A stretch of DNA of 32,000 nucleotides, from the NCBI GenBank assembly GCA_964426185.1, contig CAYRPF010000022.1, forward strand, positions 7,613 to 39,612, in the 5' to 3' direction. This DNA comes from an uncultured archaeon. Its GTDB lineage: Archaea; Asgardarchaeota; Lokiarchaeia; Sigyniarchaeales; Promethearchaeaceae. Of this stretch, positions 18,470 to 28,751 are shown piece after piece; within the stretch, counting starts at the first letter, position 1; each line of letters opens with the position of its first letter. The notes under the pieces are model-generated. The model was given only the letters and a program-made list of their open reading frames with translations, was not told where the DNA came from and searched no databases. Both the position numbers and the translations under genes were made by a program.

Positions 18470-18733
18470 TTAGCTCTCTTCAAACCAAAAACCACAAGTG
18501 TCTTTTGTAAGATGTTCTCTATTCGTTCTCGGATATTTTTTGCAAGAGGGAAATCTAATAGGATAGATCAAGCATTTTGCTTTCTTATTCTCATCATACC
18601 TCAAGAATGGACATTTGTTTGGTAATTTACAGCACTCCCCACAGCGATTACAGCTTCCTCTTCGTGTTTTACTGATAGGTAAAAATAGTGCTACAATATT
18701 ACGGTAAATTTTCGCTAGGTATGTATTTTTCAT
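18470..18733 (-). CDS. Small cysteine-cluster protein (YkgJ/CxxCxxCC-like)
   Basis: CNRCGECC, CPFL, CLIYPIRFPSCKKYP, CGF. Confidence 0.8.
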   Translation of the reverse strand: MKNTYLAKIYRNIVALFLPISKTRRGSCNRCGECCKLPNKCPFLRYDENKKAKCLIYPIRFPSCKKYPRTNREHLTKDTCGFWFEES

Positions 18734-18829
18734 AATATTTATATAATTCAGAAAAGACTAAAGATTTTCTTAAAAAAAAAATGAACTTTTATATTTTCTA
18801 AGGGTTATTGGATATTAGAGGAAAAACGC

Positions 18830-19345
18830 ATGAACTCCGATCGTATTCTTATTGGGGTGCTTTCTGACACCCATATCTCTTCTTCCAGCGGGATTTCTTC
18901 AGAGTTAAAAACGGCTCTCTCTGAATTTGATCGATTAAAGATTAATTATCTATTTCATTTAGGTGATTTTACCAATATTGGTGTATATAGGCAATTGGTT
19001 AATAAGTATGGGGAAGAACGAGTAATTGCTGTTCTTGGAAATATGGATGGTAGAAACTTGGAATTATCCTCATTATTACCTGAATTTCGGGATTTAACTT
19101 TATTGGGGCATCATATTCTTCTTCTTCACGGCTGGGGTGCTCCTATAAAAATTATCGAGCGAATTAACAAGCGATATGATACTTCTGAATATGATCTCAT
19201 TGTTTTTGGGCATACGCATCGCCATTTATTAATTCAAAAAGGCCAAAAATGGTATTTCAATCCCGGACCCTGCAAAGCCCGTGGATCGTTCGGTTTTATC
19301 GAGCTTACTCCAGATGAAATCATTCCTCGAATTGTGCAAATTTAA
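18830..19345 (+). CDS. YfcE/MJ0936-type metallophosphoesterase
   Basis: LSDTH, HLGD, GNMD, LHG, FGHTH, FNPG. Confidence 0.9.
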   Translation: MNSDRILIGVLSDTHISSSSGISSELKTALSEFDRLKINYLFHLGDFTNIGVYRQLVNKYGEERVIAVLGNMDGRNLELSSLLPEFRDLTLLGHHILLLHGWGAPIKIIERINKRYDTSEYDLIVFGHTHRHLLIQKGQKWYFNPGPCKARGSFGFIELTPDEIIPRIVQI

Positions 19346-19518
19346 TTGATATTTCTTTGCGTGTTATTTATTTCGCTATTTTTAACGCTTTTTTAATTCT
19401 CAAATATGATATTTATTATTAAGTTAATTTTTTCAAATATGCAATACTTATCCAAATAAGTAATGCGTTCTTACGATTCATAGTTGCTAAAGAACGACTT
19501 TGTACGGGGAAAAACTTC

Positions 19519-21054
19519 ATGACCTCAGACACTAAAAAATCGCAGAAAAAGAAAAAAAACACCCCCCAGTCGACTAAAACGGCTCTCAATAAAGGGCTTC
19601 CTCCATTTGAGAACTTTAGCGAATGGTTTAACCAGGTAATTTTTGATGCTGAAATTATTGACTACCGATATAATTTGAAAGGCTGTGGCGTTTGGTTACC
19701 TTATGGGTTCAAAGTGCGGCAAAATTCATTTCAAATTATTCGAGATTTACTAGATAACACTCCCATTCCTCATGATGAGATGTTATTCCCCTTATTGATT
19801 CCCGAGCCACAATTTATGAAAGAAGCAGAAACAGTAAAAGGTTTTGAAGAGGAAGTATATTGGGTAAAGGATGGGGGTACAAAACCCTTAGATATTAAAC
19901 TAGCGCTCCGTCCTACTTCAGAAACAGTTATGTATCCGATGGCGGAACTTTGGATTCGTTCCCACCAAGATTTACCCTTAAAGACCTATCAAATCGTGAA
20001 TACATTTCGTTATGAAGGTAAAAACACGCGCCCCTTGATCCGGGTTCGTGAAATTACTACCTTTAAGGAAGCTCATACTTATCACGCTACTGCGGAAGAT
20101 TGTGAAGAACAAATTCGAGAAGCGATTCAATGCTATCGCTCATTTTTCGATGCAATGGGGGTTCCGTATGTAATTTCCCAACGTCCCAAGTGGGACACCT
20201 TCCCGGGAGCGAAGTACACCATAGCATTTGACTGTGTGTTCCCTATTACTCATAAAGCCCTCCAAATTGGAACCGTTCATAATTTGGGACAAACTTTTGC
20301 TAAAACTTTTAATATTACATTTGAGAATCCTGAAGGAAAGCAAGAATACGTGCATCAAACTTGCTATGGAATAAGTGAACGTGCTATTGCTGCTTTGATT
20401 GCATCACATGGTGATGATAACGGTTTGAAACTTCCTCCTCGAGTGGTTCCTATCGAAATAGTAATTGTTCCAATTCTATTTAAAAATAAAGAAGCACCAG
20501 TTTTGGAAGCAGCCAGTCAAACCTTTACTACCTTGAAAGAGGAAGGTTTTAAGGTGAAATTTGATAAACGGGAAATGAGTCCTGGACGAAAATTTTATCA
20601 CTGGGAATTACGCGGCGTTCCAATTCGAATAGAGATAGGCCCCAGAGATGTTCAGAAGGGGAATGTTTGCTTAGTGCGCCGTGATACCAAGGAAAAGATA
20701 TTTATCCCACAAACAGAAGTCACCAGTGAAATTCGTAAACTTTTAGAGCAGATTCAAAGTGATCTATGGGAAGCAGCTAAAGCCCGGCATATTAAATGGA
20801 ACTTACGAACATCGAATCTGGAAGAAGCATTAGATTTTATCGAGTCTGGAAAAGGATTAGCAGAAATTCCATTTTGCGGCAAGGAATCATGTGCTGCTGC
20901 AATTGAGCAACGGTTAGAAGGATTAAAATTCTTAGGTATTCCAGAAGAGTATATTCCAGCTTTAAATGATAAATCCGCTGAAGAGAAGGATATTTATTGT
21001 GCTCATTGTCAGGAAAAAGTTTCTCAATATTGGCGGATTGGTCGATCATATTAA
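19519..21054 (+). CDS. proS: Proline--tRNA ligase, archaeal/eukaryotic type
   Basis: [13 protein letters not shown]...[49 protein letters not shown]-terminal Zn Cys pairs and terminal RSY. Confidence 0.97.
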   Translation: MTSDTKKSQKKKKNTPQSTKTALNKGLPPFENFSEWFNQVIFDAEIIDYRYNLKGCGVWLPYGFKVRQNSFQIIRDLLDNTPIPHDEMLFPLLIPEPQFMKEAETVKGFEEEVYWVKDGGTKPLDIKLALRPTSETVMYPMAELWIRSHQDLPLKTYQIVNTFRYEGKNTRPLIRVREITTFKEAHTYHATAEDCEEQIREAIQCYRSFFDAMGVPYVISQRPKWDTFPGAKYTIAFDCVFPITHKALQIGTVHNLGQTFAKTFNITFENPEGKQEYVHQTCYGISERAIAALIASHGDDNGLKLPPRVVPIEIVIVPILFKNKEAPVLEAASQTFTTLKEEGFKVKFDKREMSPGRKFYHWELRGVPIRIEIGPRDVQKGNVCLVRRDTKEKIFIPQTEVTSEIRKLLEQIQSDLWEAAKARHIKWNLRTSNLEEALDFIESGKGLAEIPFCGKESCAAAIEQRLEGLKFLGIPEEYIPALNDKSAEEKDIYCAHCQEKVSQYWRIGRSY

Positions 21055-21177
21055 TAATATCATATTAATAACAATTCTTCTGTCCTTTTTTCCAGTTTAT
21101 CTATAAATGCTAAATTCTCCTTTATGAGTTAAATAGGAGAAGAAAGCAGTTAAATAGTGTGAAAAAGATAGGATCTA

Positions 21178-22401
21178 GTGCTAAAAATGAAGTTCACTAC
21201 TATTTTATATCGCCTGCGTCATATTGTTTTTCGTGGGGCAATTAAAATTATTAAATTCCCTAACCCGGAATTAATCCAAGGCGAAAATGCAATAAAGCAA
21301 TTAGCTGAACGAATTAAATCCGATGGGTTATCCAAGGTTTTAATCGTCACCGATGCAAATTTACACAAAATTGGTTTGCTGGATTCCCTTAAAGAAGCGT
21401 TAAAAGCTGAATCAATAGATTTTGCGGTGTATGATGATGTCCAGCCGAATCCTACTATTGAAAACATCGAAAACGCTTGTCATGCATATTTGAGTGAAAA
21501 TTGTGATGGATTCATCGCATTCGGCGGTGGTTCCCCTATGGACTGTGCTAAAGTTGCAGCATGTCGCGTGGTAAAACCGAAAAAACCAGTTGTTAAAATG
21601 AAAGGGCAATTTACAATTTTGAAAAAACTCCCTCCATTTTATGCAGTTCCGACTACTGCTGGAACTGGTTCAGAAACTACGGCTGCCGCAGTAGTAACAA
21701 ATCCTGAAACACATGAGAAATTTGTAATTGTAGATTTGAATATCATACCCCATGTTGCAGTTTTAGATCCTCATTTAATGGTTGGTCTACCGCCATTTAT
21801 TACCGCTACAACCGGTATGGATGCTTTAACTCACGCGGTTGAGGCAGTCATTGGGTGGCATGGAACGAAGTTTATCTGGGGTTATTCTGAGAAAGCCACC
21901 AAACTGATCTTTGAGAATCTTGAAAAAGTGTATCAAAATGGATCTGACCTTGAAGCTCGAACAAACATGTCTTTAGCTGCTTTTTACGCAGGTATGGCAT
22001 TTACTCGAGCATCTGTAGGTTATGTTCATGCAATTGCACATAATCTTGGGGGACTTTATGGAGTTGCCCATGGGTTAGCCAATGCTGTAGTTTTACCTTA
22101 TATGCTAGAAGCATTTGGATCAAAAATTCACAAAAAATTGGCTCGTTTGGCCTTAGCTGGTGGTTTAATTTCAGCTTATTCTAATCCAAAGGATGATGCT
22201 GAGATTTTCATTCAAAAGGTTAAAGATATGAATAAAAATATGGGAATTCCTACATACATTAAAGAATTAAAGGAAGAAGATATTCCCTTATTGGCAAAAC
22301 GCGCTGCAAGTGAAGGCAATTCTGCGTATCCCGTTCCAAAGATATTCTATCCTGAGGATTTTAAAAAAATATTACATAAATTACTACCTTCTAATGAGTG
22401 A
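21178..22401 (+). CDS. Iron-containing alcohol dehydrogenase
   Basis: VQPNPT, GGGSPMDCAK, VPTTAGTGSE, GMDALTHAVE, HAIAHNLGG, AHGLAN. Confidence 0.95.
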   Translation: MLKMKFTTILYRLRHIVFRGAIKIIKFPNPELIQGENAIKQLAERIKSDGLSKVLIVTDANLHKIGLLDSLKEALKAESIDFAVYDDVQPNPTIENIENACHAYLSENCDGFIAFGGGSPMDCAKVAACRVVKPKKPVVKMKGQFTILKKLPPFYAVPTTAGTGSETTAAAVVTNPETHEKFVIVDLNIIPHVAVLDPHLMVGLPPFITATTGMDALTHAVEAVIGWHGTKFIWGYSEKATKLIFENLEKVYQNGSDLEARTNMSLAAFYAGMAFTRASVGYVHAIAHNLGGLYGVAHGLANAVVLPYMLEAFGSKIHKKLARLALAGGLISAYSNPKDDAEIFIQKVKDMNKNMGIPTYIKELKEEDIPLLAKRAASEGNSAYPVPKIFYPEDFKKILHKLLPSNE

Positions 22402-22461
22402 AGCTAGAAATTTTATCAAAACCGAATTTTTTATTAATTTTTAATTCTATTTTTATCCAAT

Positions 22462-23571
22462 ATGATGAAAGCTGATAATACCCGATATCGAATAGATCAA
22501 ATCCATGCTAAAAGTCTTGAAGGTAATTCAATCGGGGATTCTACAGGAAAATACGCTTCAATCTATTTACCACCTGGTTATTTTTCTCCAGAAAATGTTC
22601 AACTCAGATTTCCGGTAATTTATCTATTGCACGGTTATTCCGGGGATATAGATGATTTACTAATTATTTCTAAGAACGATATCCCCAAACATTATTCCCT
22701 ACTATATAGGCTACTTTTAAGGCGATTCTTTGCCAATTTTCCCACATTTGAAGTTTTGGATGATTTAATTGTCACTGGAACACTCAAACCGTTTATTTTA
22801 GTTCAACCAGATGGTTCTTTATCGCTTGAAAATATCTACTGTGAAAAAGGTTTCAATGGCAAAATCAAAAAGAAAGGATCGTTATATCTCAATTCACCTT
22901 ATACCGGTCGATATATGGATTATATCTTTGATGATGTTATCGAATATGTAGATTCATATTACAGAACTATCCCTGAAAAAAGCAATCGGGCATTGGTGGG
23001 CGCTTCAATGGGAGGTTTCGGTGCTTTATTAGGTGGGATTTTCAAAAGCCATCTTTTCGGTTCTATTGCTGCTTTAAGTCCCAGTATTTCTTGGTTAGAC
23101 TTAGTGAACAGAGAAGAAATCGTTCCTTTTTACCGATTAATCTATGGAAAGCGAAAAGCAACGAAAATCGGCCGAAGGGACCTTAATGATATATTACATA
23201 CAGCTAATTTGGTTTTTTCAAAAGAAAATCCTCTAATTCCTTCGATAAAGCGTGATAAGAACGGGAATTTCAAGATGTTGAATAAAAAGGTCAAATCTAA
23301 ATGGAAAGAATTCGATTTGAAATTCATGGTTGAAAGAAATCTCAATGTCTTTGATGGTTGTAATTTGCTGATAACTTGCGAAGAAACAGATGAATATGGA
23401 TTTAAGGATCAAATCGAACAATTTTTACACACACTAAAATCTCAAGGTATATCAGTTACAGTAGATATCTTCCAAGATAGATTTGCCAGCCGAGTTTCAC
23501 CCCATATGATTGGAATTGTAAAAAAAATTCTTCCCGCTTTCGAATTCTGTGCGAAAAACTTCTCCTACTAG
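22462..23571 (+). CDS. Alpha/beta-hydrolase esterase
   Basis: IYLPPGY, PVIYLLHG, nucleophile elbow GASMGG, candidate acid (TDEY) and His (SPHM). Confidence 0.88.
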   Translation: MMKADNTRYRIDQIHAKSLEGNSIGDSTGKYASIYLPPGYFSPENVQLRFPVIYLLHGYSGDIDDLLIISKNDIPKHYSLLYRLLLRRFFANFPTFEVLDDLIVTGTLKPFILVQPDGSLSLENIYCEKGFNGKIKKKGSLYLNSPYTGRYMDYIFDDVIEYVDSYYRTIPEKSNRALVGASMGGFGALLGGIFKSHLFGSIAALSPSISWLDLVNREEIVPFYRLIYGKRKATKIGRRDLNDILHTANLVFSKENPLIPSIKRDKNGNFKMLNKKVKSKWKEFDLKFMVERNLNVFDGCNLLITCEETDEYGFKDQIEQFLHTLKSQGISVTVDIFQDRFASRVSPHMIGIVKKILPAFEFCAKNFSY

Positions 23572-23641
23572 TGGGGTATTTTCATCTTTTGTTTACTCTG
23601 CCTCACAGAGAATATTGGCCATTTAAAAAGTCAAAAAATAA

Positions 23642-25702
23642 ATGTTTCTTATGAAATATAGAAATTCCCGCTTTACACAACAGATCCTTGCATTAGGATT
23701 TTTAACACTTTTTTTCATGGGATTAGTGTTTAACGATGGAACTATAACAAGTTCTGAAAAATTAACACCGAAAGAAAGTACCCCTTTATCTCTTGAGAGA
23801 AGCCAGATACAAGCACAAATTATTTTTAATGAAACCCAGTTGGCAGATTTTGCAAGCAGCGGAGATGGTAAATCTTGGGAAACTGCGTATATTATAGAAA
23901 ATTTAGAAATTGAACAAAATATCACTGATTATGGAATATTTATGGCTAATATTTCTCAATATGTCATATTTCGCAATATTTACTTCCACAATCATTATCC
24001 TGGAGATGATTCTTCTTCATTATTGCTCGAAAACGTAGAACATTTGCGAATTGAAAACTGTATTTTTCGTTCTTATACGATGAAAATATCATGGGGGATT
24101 AAAATTGAATCATGCAACTCGATTAACCTTCAAGAAGTAAATATATATGACTATTTCTACGGTGTCTCCTTGAATAATAGCTTTAATTTTCTCATTAATG
24201 GGTCCTATTTATCCAATCAAATATACTCTCAACTTTCCTTTAAAAATAGTCAAAATATATCAATTTTAAATAACCGAATGTCTTATCGAAATGAATTTGA
24301 AGATCATGGAGATAATCTTGCAATCAGTTCATGGAACATTTCGGATTGTGAGATCATGGGTAATACTATTGAATTGAAAAACCAAGATATTTTTTTCTGG
24401 GAAACAGAGAATGTATCATTTTATAACAACTATTTACCAAATACGGCTTTTTATGAAGTATGCAACTTAAAATTCAACGGTAATGAAGTTTATAACGGGT
24501 TGAGGGTTGATTCTGCGCGAAACGTTTCAATCGCACAGAATATTTTTAGGGAAGGTGAATATGGGATTTCGGGAGATAATGCTTATAATTTTACAATCGA
24601 GCAAAACACCTTTCGTGAGATTAATGGAGAAATTTTTCATTTTCGCTATTATTCCGTTGCCCCGTATACACACGATAAATTCTGGCTTACAATTCCCACT
24701 AATACAACAGAACTGATTCAGAAAAATACCATTTTTGTAGCAGGACCTGGCTTGTGGAGAAATTTGCCATCAAATATTATTACCAAGGGAAATATTATTA
24801 TTCCACATCTTGGATTTTTAATATTATTAATTGTATCGCTTTATTGCCTATTGACCATTCTCTACGGTTTCTGGATAAATCGAAGGAAAGTGAAATTCAT
24901 TCAAAAACTTAACTTCAAATTGTCAAGTCAAGAAAATTTGTATCCTAATGAGAGCAATTTTCAATTACTGACAAAAATGGAGAAAAGTAAATTCTTGCAA
25001 GTATCAATCTTAATATTTACTCTTTGGGGTATCTATGCAAGCTTTGTTTACTCTGAGATATATTTCATGGGAGACTTGGTGTCTTCTTTCATATATCTTT
25101 TTACAAAGACGAATTATCAATCAAATCTTTCCCTTATGACTTTATTAAGCAATGTAGAATTTACAATCTTCGGTTTTTTATTATGTTACTTCACGTACCT
25201 TAAATTTCACAAAATAAACAAAGTTCCGAAAGTTTTACCGCCGTTTCAGCAAAGTTTCACTAAAAAAGAGAGAGTTTTGACTGTTGTTGCTATTGCAGGA
25301 TTGATTATTTTTCTCATCTCACTTATCATTTATACTATGGTTGTGATTTACAACGGAAATTATCCTGGTGTTGCTCTAATTATTGGAATTTTGAGTGTAA
25401 CTATTTTCATGATTAATTTGGTTCTCAAAATTGCCCGGAAAACTCACTATCTCGCAATTGAATTATTATTGCTCGGAATTATATTCATTGTGGGATATAT
25501 TCTAATTGTCAATTCGATCGATTCATCAATTATTTCGATGAAGCCACCCCAGGAAGTTTATTCAACTGGAAAACTTCTCACGTGGGGTTTTATCATTATG
25601 GGGTGTATCGCAGAGTTACGTGCCTATATAGGTGTAGATGATTTTAAAATGGAGCAAGGAGGTAAAAATTTCGATGGAACAGAGAAAGGAAATCAAAATT
25701 GA
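23642..25702 (+). CDS. Extracellular right-handed beta-helix (NosD/pectin-lyase-like) protein with about 7 C-terminal TM helices
   Basis: N-terminal hydrophobic segment, SGDGKSWETAYIIENLEI cap, Asn-rich repeats (NISILNNRM, CEIMGNTI, NVSIAQNIF, NFTIEQNTF), and a multi-pass C-terminal half. Confidence 0.8.
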   Translation: MFLMKYRNSRFTQQILALGFLTLFFMGLVFNDGTITSSEKLTPKESTPLSLERSQIQAQIIFNETQLADFASSGDGKSWETAYIIENLEIEQNITDYGIFMANISQYVIFRNIYFHNHYPGDDSSSLLLENVEHLRIENCIFRSYTMKISWGIKIESCNSINLQEVNIYDYFYGVSLNNSFNFLINGSYLSNQIYSQLSFKNSQNISILNNRMSYRNEFEDHGDNLAISSWNISDCEIMGNTIELKNQDIFFWETENVSFYNNYLPNTAFYEVCNLKFNGNEVYNGLRVDSARNVSIAQNIFREGEYGISGDNAYNFTIEQNTFREINGEIFHFRYYSVAPYTHDKFWLTIPTNTTELIQKNTIFVAGPGLWRNLPSNIITKGNIIIPHLGFLILLIVSLYCLLTILYGFWINRRKVKFIQKLNFKLSSQENLYPNESNFQLLTKMEKSKFLQVSILIFTLWGIYASFVYSEIYFMGDLVSSFIYLFTKTNYQSNLSLMTLLSNVEFTIFGFLLCYFTYLKFHKINKVPKVLPPFQQSFTKKERVLTVVAIAGLIIFLISLIIYTMVVIYNGNYPGVALIIGILSVTIFMINLVLKIARKTHYLAIELLLLGIIFIVGYILIVNSIDSSIISMKPPQEVYSTGKLLTWGFIIMGCIAELRAYIGVDDFKMEQGGKNFDGTEKGNQN

Positions 25703-26069
25703 AGAGAATAATTCTAATTCTTATAAATCTAAGAACGTATCAGAACAGACTTCTTCAAATTCCGATGAAGGAAATTCCTTACCTCTCTTAGTTTTGAATG
25801 ATCTCTTGAAGGTACCTATTCGCTTCAATATAATGTTTCTTCTCTATACTTATGAACGCTTAGGGTTTACCCGTTTGCAGCATTTACTTAAATGCTCTCC
25901 AGGAAATTTGAATCATCACCTAATAAAGCTGATTGAAGCGGGTTGGATTGCTGATACCATCGTTTTTTCTCCGCGTCCTTTGAAAATTTTCAAGATTACT
26001 CCAGAGGGCAAGGATGAATTTAGTGATTACGTGCAGCATTTACAAAAAATTATTAAAAATCTGCGATAA
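25674..26069 (+). CDS. Winged-helix transcriptional regulator (HTH_34/ArsR-like)
   Basis: PIRFNIMFLL...FTRLQHLLKCSPGNLNHHLIKLIEAGWI...FKITPEGKDEF. SD AGGAGGT at 25657-25663 supports ATG 25674. Confidence 0.88.
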   Translation: MEQRKEIKIEENNSNSYKSKNVSEQTSSNSDEGNSLPLLVLNDLLKVPIRFNIMFLLYTYERLGFTRLQHLLKCSPGNLNHHLIKLIEAGWIADTIVFSPRPLKIFKITPEGKDEFSDYVQHLQKIIKNLR

Positions 26070-26095
26070 GCTATTTAAACAATACATCTTTTTCC

Positions 26096-27013
26096 TTAAT
26101 CACTAATTAGCATGGTTTTTTGCCCGTTTTTTCGGTTTTGAACTACTACGGCAGATAATATTACCAGTATTCCCCCGATTAGCATCCTAACCGTGAATTC
26201 CTTGCTTAAAAACAAAACACTATATACTGTAGAAACAACCGGCATAATAAATCCTGTATACACCACATATTCGGTTTTTACCTCATTTCCGGAAATTCCG
26301 ACTAATTGAATCACATAAGCCAAACCCGTACAAACAACACCTAAATATACCATGATTGCCCATTGACCCAGAGAAAGAACCATAATTTGAGTAGCCAACC
26401 CAGTTCCAAACGCGAAACTTACTAAAATAATTGAGCTGATAACCAAGACTGATGCAATTGAATAGAGTGGAGGCATTTTTTCTGCAATAGGCTTGGAAAA
26501 ACTGCTGTAAGCACCCCAAGATGCAAAGGCAACTATTGAAATTATATCTCCTTTAATTTTACCTGCGGAAAATGAGAATTTGTCATCTGTGATAAGGAAT
26601 AAAACTCCAATGATGGCGATCGCTATGCCGAATATAAATTTCAGTTGTGGTTTTTGCTTGAAGAAAAAATAATTTAATATTATTACCCATATAATTGATG
26701 TTTGGGCAATTATCGATTGATTTATAGGAGAAGTAAATTGTAATCCATAAAATTGTAAAATATATGACAATGTAAACGGACCTAGCGCAAATAAGAACAA
26801 AGCTTTAAAATGAGTCCGAAAAGCCAATAACCAAGCTTTAATTTCTCCTTTTATCCCTAAAAATATGATGAGAACAATACTTCCCATCAACACTCTTAAG
26901 AAGACGAAACTATATGAAGAAAGAGGTGGCATCACTATCGTGGCGAATGGGAAAGTAAGCCCCCAGATGAAGTAAGCTACGAATGCTAGAAAATAGTGTG
27001 TTGCAGTTTTCAT
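26096..27013 (-). CDS. DMT/EamA family transporter
   Basis: About 10 TM helices in two repeats; IWGLTF, FLRV, FYGLQFTSP, KGDIISIVAFASWGAYS, YLGVVCTGLAY. Confidence 0.9.
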   Translation of the reverse strand: MKTATHYFLAFVAYFIWGLTFPFATIVMPPLSSYSFVFLRVLMGSIVLIIFLGIKGEIKAWLLAFRTHFKALFLFALGPFTLSYILQFYGLQFTSPINQSIIAQTSIIWVIILNYFFFKQKPQLKFIFGIAIAIIGVLFLITDDKFSFSAGKIKGDIISIVAFASWGAYSSFSKPIAEKMPPLYSIASVLVISSIILVSFAFGTGLATQIMVLSLGQWAIMVYLGVVCTGLAYVIQLVGISGNEVKTEYVVYTGFIMPVVSTVYSVLFLSKEFTVRMLIGGILVILSAVVVQNRKNGQKTMLISD

Positions 27014-27108
27014 TCCTTGAGAAAATTAACCTTTCAAAAGAATAAAATTTTTTGAAATATTGATTAATAATGCTATTCTTTAAATAAAGAAGGGAGAATT
27101 AATTTATA

Positions 27109-27972
27109 GTGACACGAAAACCAACTTACGGTTTAATTGCTGAGGATATTGCCCACAAAGGAGTTTACTTACTTGAGAAATCCGATTCATTATTAGATGT
27201 AATTTCCGTAATGGATAAAAAATTAATTTCTGCGGTAATTATTGAAGATATCGAAAGTCTGGGGCAATATTACATTATTTCCCATACTCAAATTATTAAT
27301 TTCCTCGCAAAGTACTTTAAGTCTCCAAGGAAATCTCAAAGGAGTAAATCAAGACATCAGCACACATTAAATTCACTATCAGAAATAAAAGCCAAAGAAT
27401 TAATGCGTGGACCGCTTACTTTGATTCCAAGAAGTACACCTATAGATGAAGTCGTGCATTTCATGAATAAGATGGGATACAAACGAGTTGTGGTAGGAAA
27501 TGAGTACAATCAACCCATTGGTATCATTTCCACGAAAGATATAATTCGATGGACTACAGATATTCTTCCAAAAGGTCATCCCATAATGATTTTTATTCAA
27601 GAGACTAAAACAGGACTTGTTCTTGCTAGTCACATGTTCAGGGATGATGTAGCAGAATCCTATATAGATCTTCTTGGAGGTACTTTATCTGCAATTGAGA
27701 AAATAACCGATGAAGTATTAAAAAATTCTGGAAATTTACGCTATATTGAAAAAGATTATTATGATATCATGTTTGAAGCTAATGAGTATATAACCGTTAT
27801 TTTAGTCTGTGATGAATCATCAATTGAACTGCGAATCAAATTACGCGCCTTTATGCGACGATTTATGGATCAATACTCCCAAGAGTTAGAATTACGAAAA
27901 AAAACGAATTATGTGAGAGAAATCTCACTGTTTAAACTGCGGCCGTTAATTGAAATATTAGAAACCGATTAA
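27109..27972 (+). CDS. CBS-pair protein fused to a C-terminal longin/roadblock-like domain
   Basis: CBS motifs (DSLLDVISVMDKKLISAV; AKELM; TPIDEVVHFMNKMGYKRVVV...IGIISTKDII), then IFIQETKTGLVLASHMF...DLLGGTLSAIEKITDEVL...LRYIEK...ITVILVCD. Confidence 0.8.
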   Translation: MTRKPTYGLIAEDIAHKGVYLLEKSDSLLDVISVMDKKLISAVIIEDIESLGQYYIISHTQIINFLAKYFKSPRKSQRSKSRHQHTLNSLSEIKAKELMRGPLTLIPRSTPIDEVVHFMNKMGYKRVVVGNEYNQPIGIISTKDIIRWTTDILPKGHPIMIFIQETKTGLVLASHMFRDDVAESYIDLLGGTLSAIEKITDEVLKNSGNLRYIEKDYYDIMFEANEYITVILVCDESSIELRIKLRAFMRRFMDQYSQELELRKKTNYVREISLFKLRPLIEILETD

Positions 27973-27985
27973 TCAAACAATTTTC

Positions 27986-28693
27986 TCAGAGTACTCGGGT
28001 AGTTACCGTCCCATCTGCTTGTCCGAAATAAGCTTTCACTGCCATACCTATAAAAAATCCCGTTTCTACCACTCCTGGGATCAGTTTCAGCTGTTTATTC
28101 AAAGTATTTGGATCTTTGATAATTCCGAATTCTGCATCCAGTATGAAATTGCCGTTATCAGTAACCACTGGTCCTGCTTTGTTTTTTGCCATCCGTAGCA
28201 CTGTCTTTCCGCCCAATTTTTCGATCTTTTTCTGAATCGGGACATAAGCAAATGGGATAACTTCAATGGGGATTCCTTTGTGCCATTGTTCTCCTAAATA
28301 TTGAGACTCTTTTCGAAAATCAGCAACAATGACGAGTTTTTTACTGTTACTTGCCACAATTTTTTCCTGCACATGACATCCTCCCCCTCCTTTAATCAAA
28401 TTTAAGTGGGAATCTACCTCATCAGCACCATCGATATCGACATCAATTTCTGGGTATTGTGATAGTGTTCCTAATGGTAAACCCGCTTCTACTACCAATT
28501 GAGTGGATTGAAAGGAAGTAGGGATGCAAGTTACCTGCAATTTTTCTTCTTTTACACGTTGAGCTAAGCGTTCAACTGCATAGACTACGGTAGATCCACT
28601 TCCGATACCTAAAACCATATTGTCTTGAACAAATTCATCCACCGCCGCATATCCGGACTTTTTCTTAGCTTCTTCAATATTAGATGAATCCAT
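27986..28693 (-). CDS. rpiA: Ribose-5-phosphate isomerase A
   Basis: [53 protein letters not shown]. Confidence 0.97.
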   Translation of the reverse strand: MDSSNIEEAKKKSGYAAVDEFVQDNMVLGIGSGSTVVYAVERLAQRVKEEKLQVTCIPTSFQSTQLVVEAGLPLGTLSQYPEIDVDIDGADEVDSHLNLIKGGGGCHVQEKIVASNSKKLVIVADFRKESQYLGEQWHKGIPIEVIPFAYVPIQKKIEKLGGKTVLRMAKNKAGPVVTDNGNFILDAEFGIIKDPNTLNKQLKLIPGVVETGFFIGMAVKAYFGQADGTVTTRVL

Positions 28694-28751
28694 GAGATAA
28701 CTAACAATTGTTATGCAAAAAATTTATTGAATTTAATATCTTTTTCATCAT

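Noticed and set aside
18830-19345. Retromer subunit Vps29 homologue
   Set aside because: All metal ligands of ordinary YfcE/MJ0936 phosphoesterases are intact and no Vps26/Vps35-like neighbour is present; it cannot be distinguished from the common prokaryotic family.
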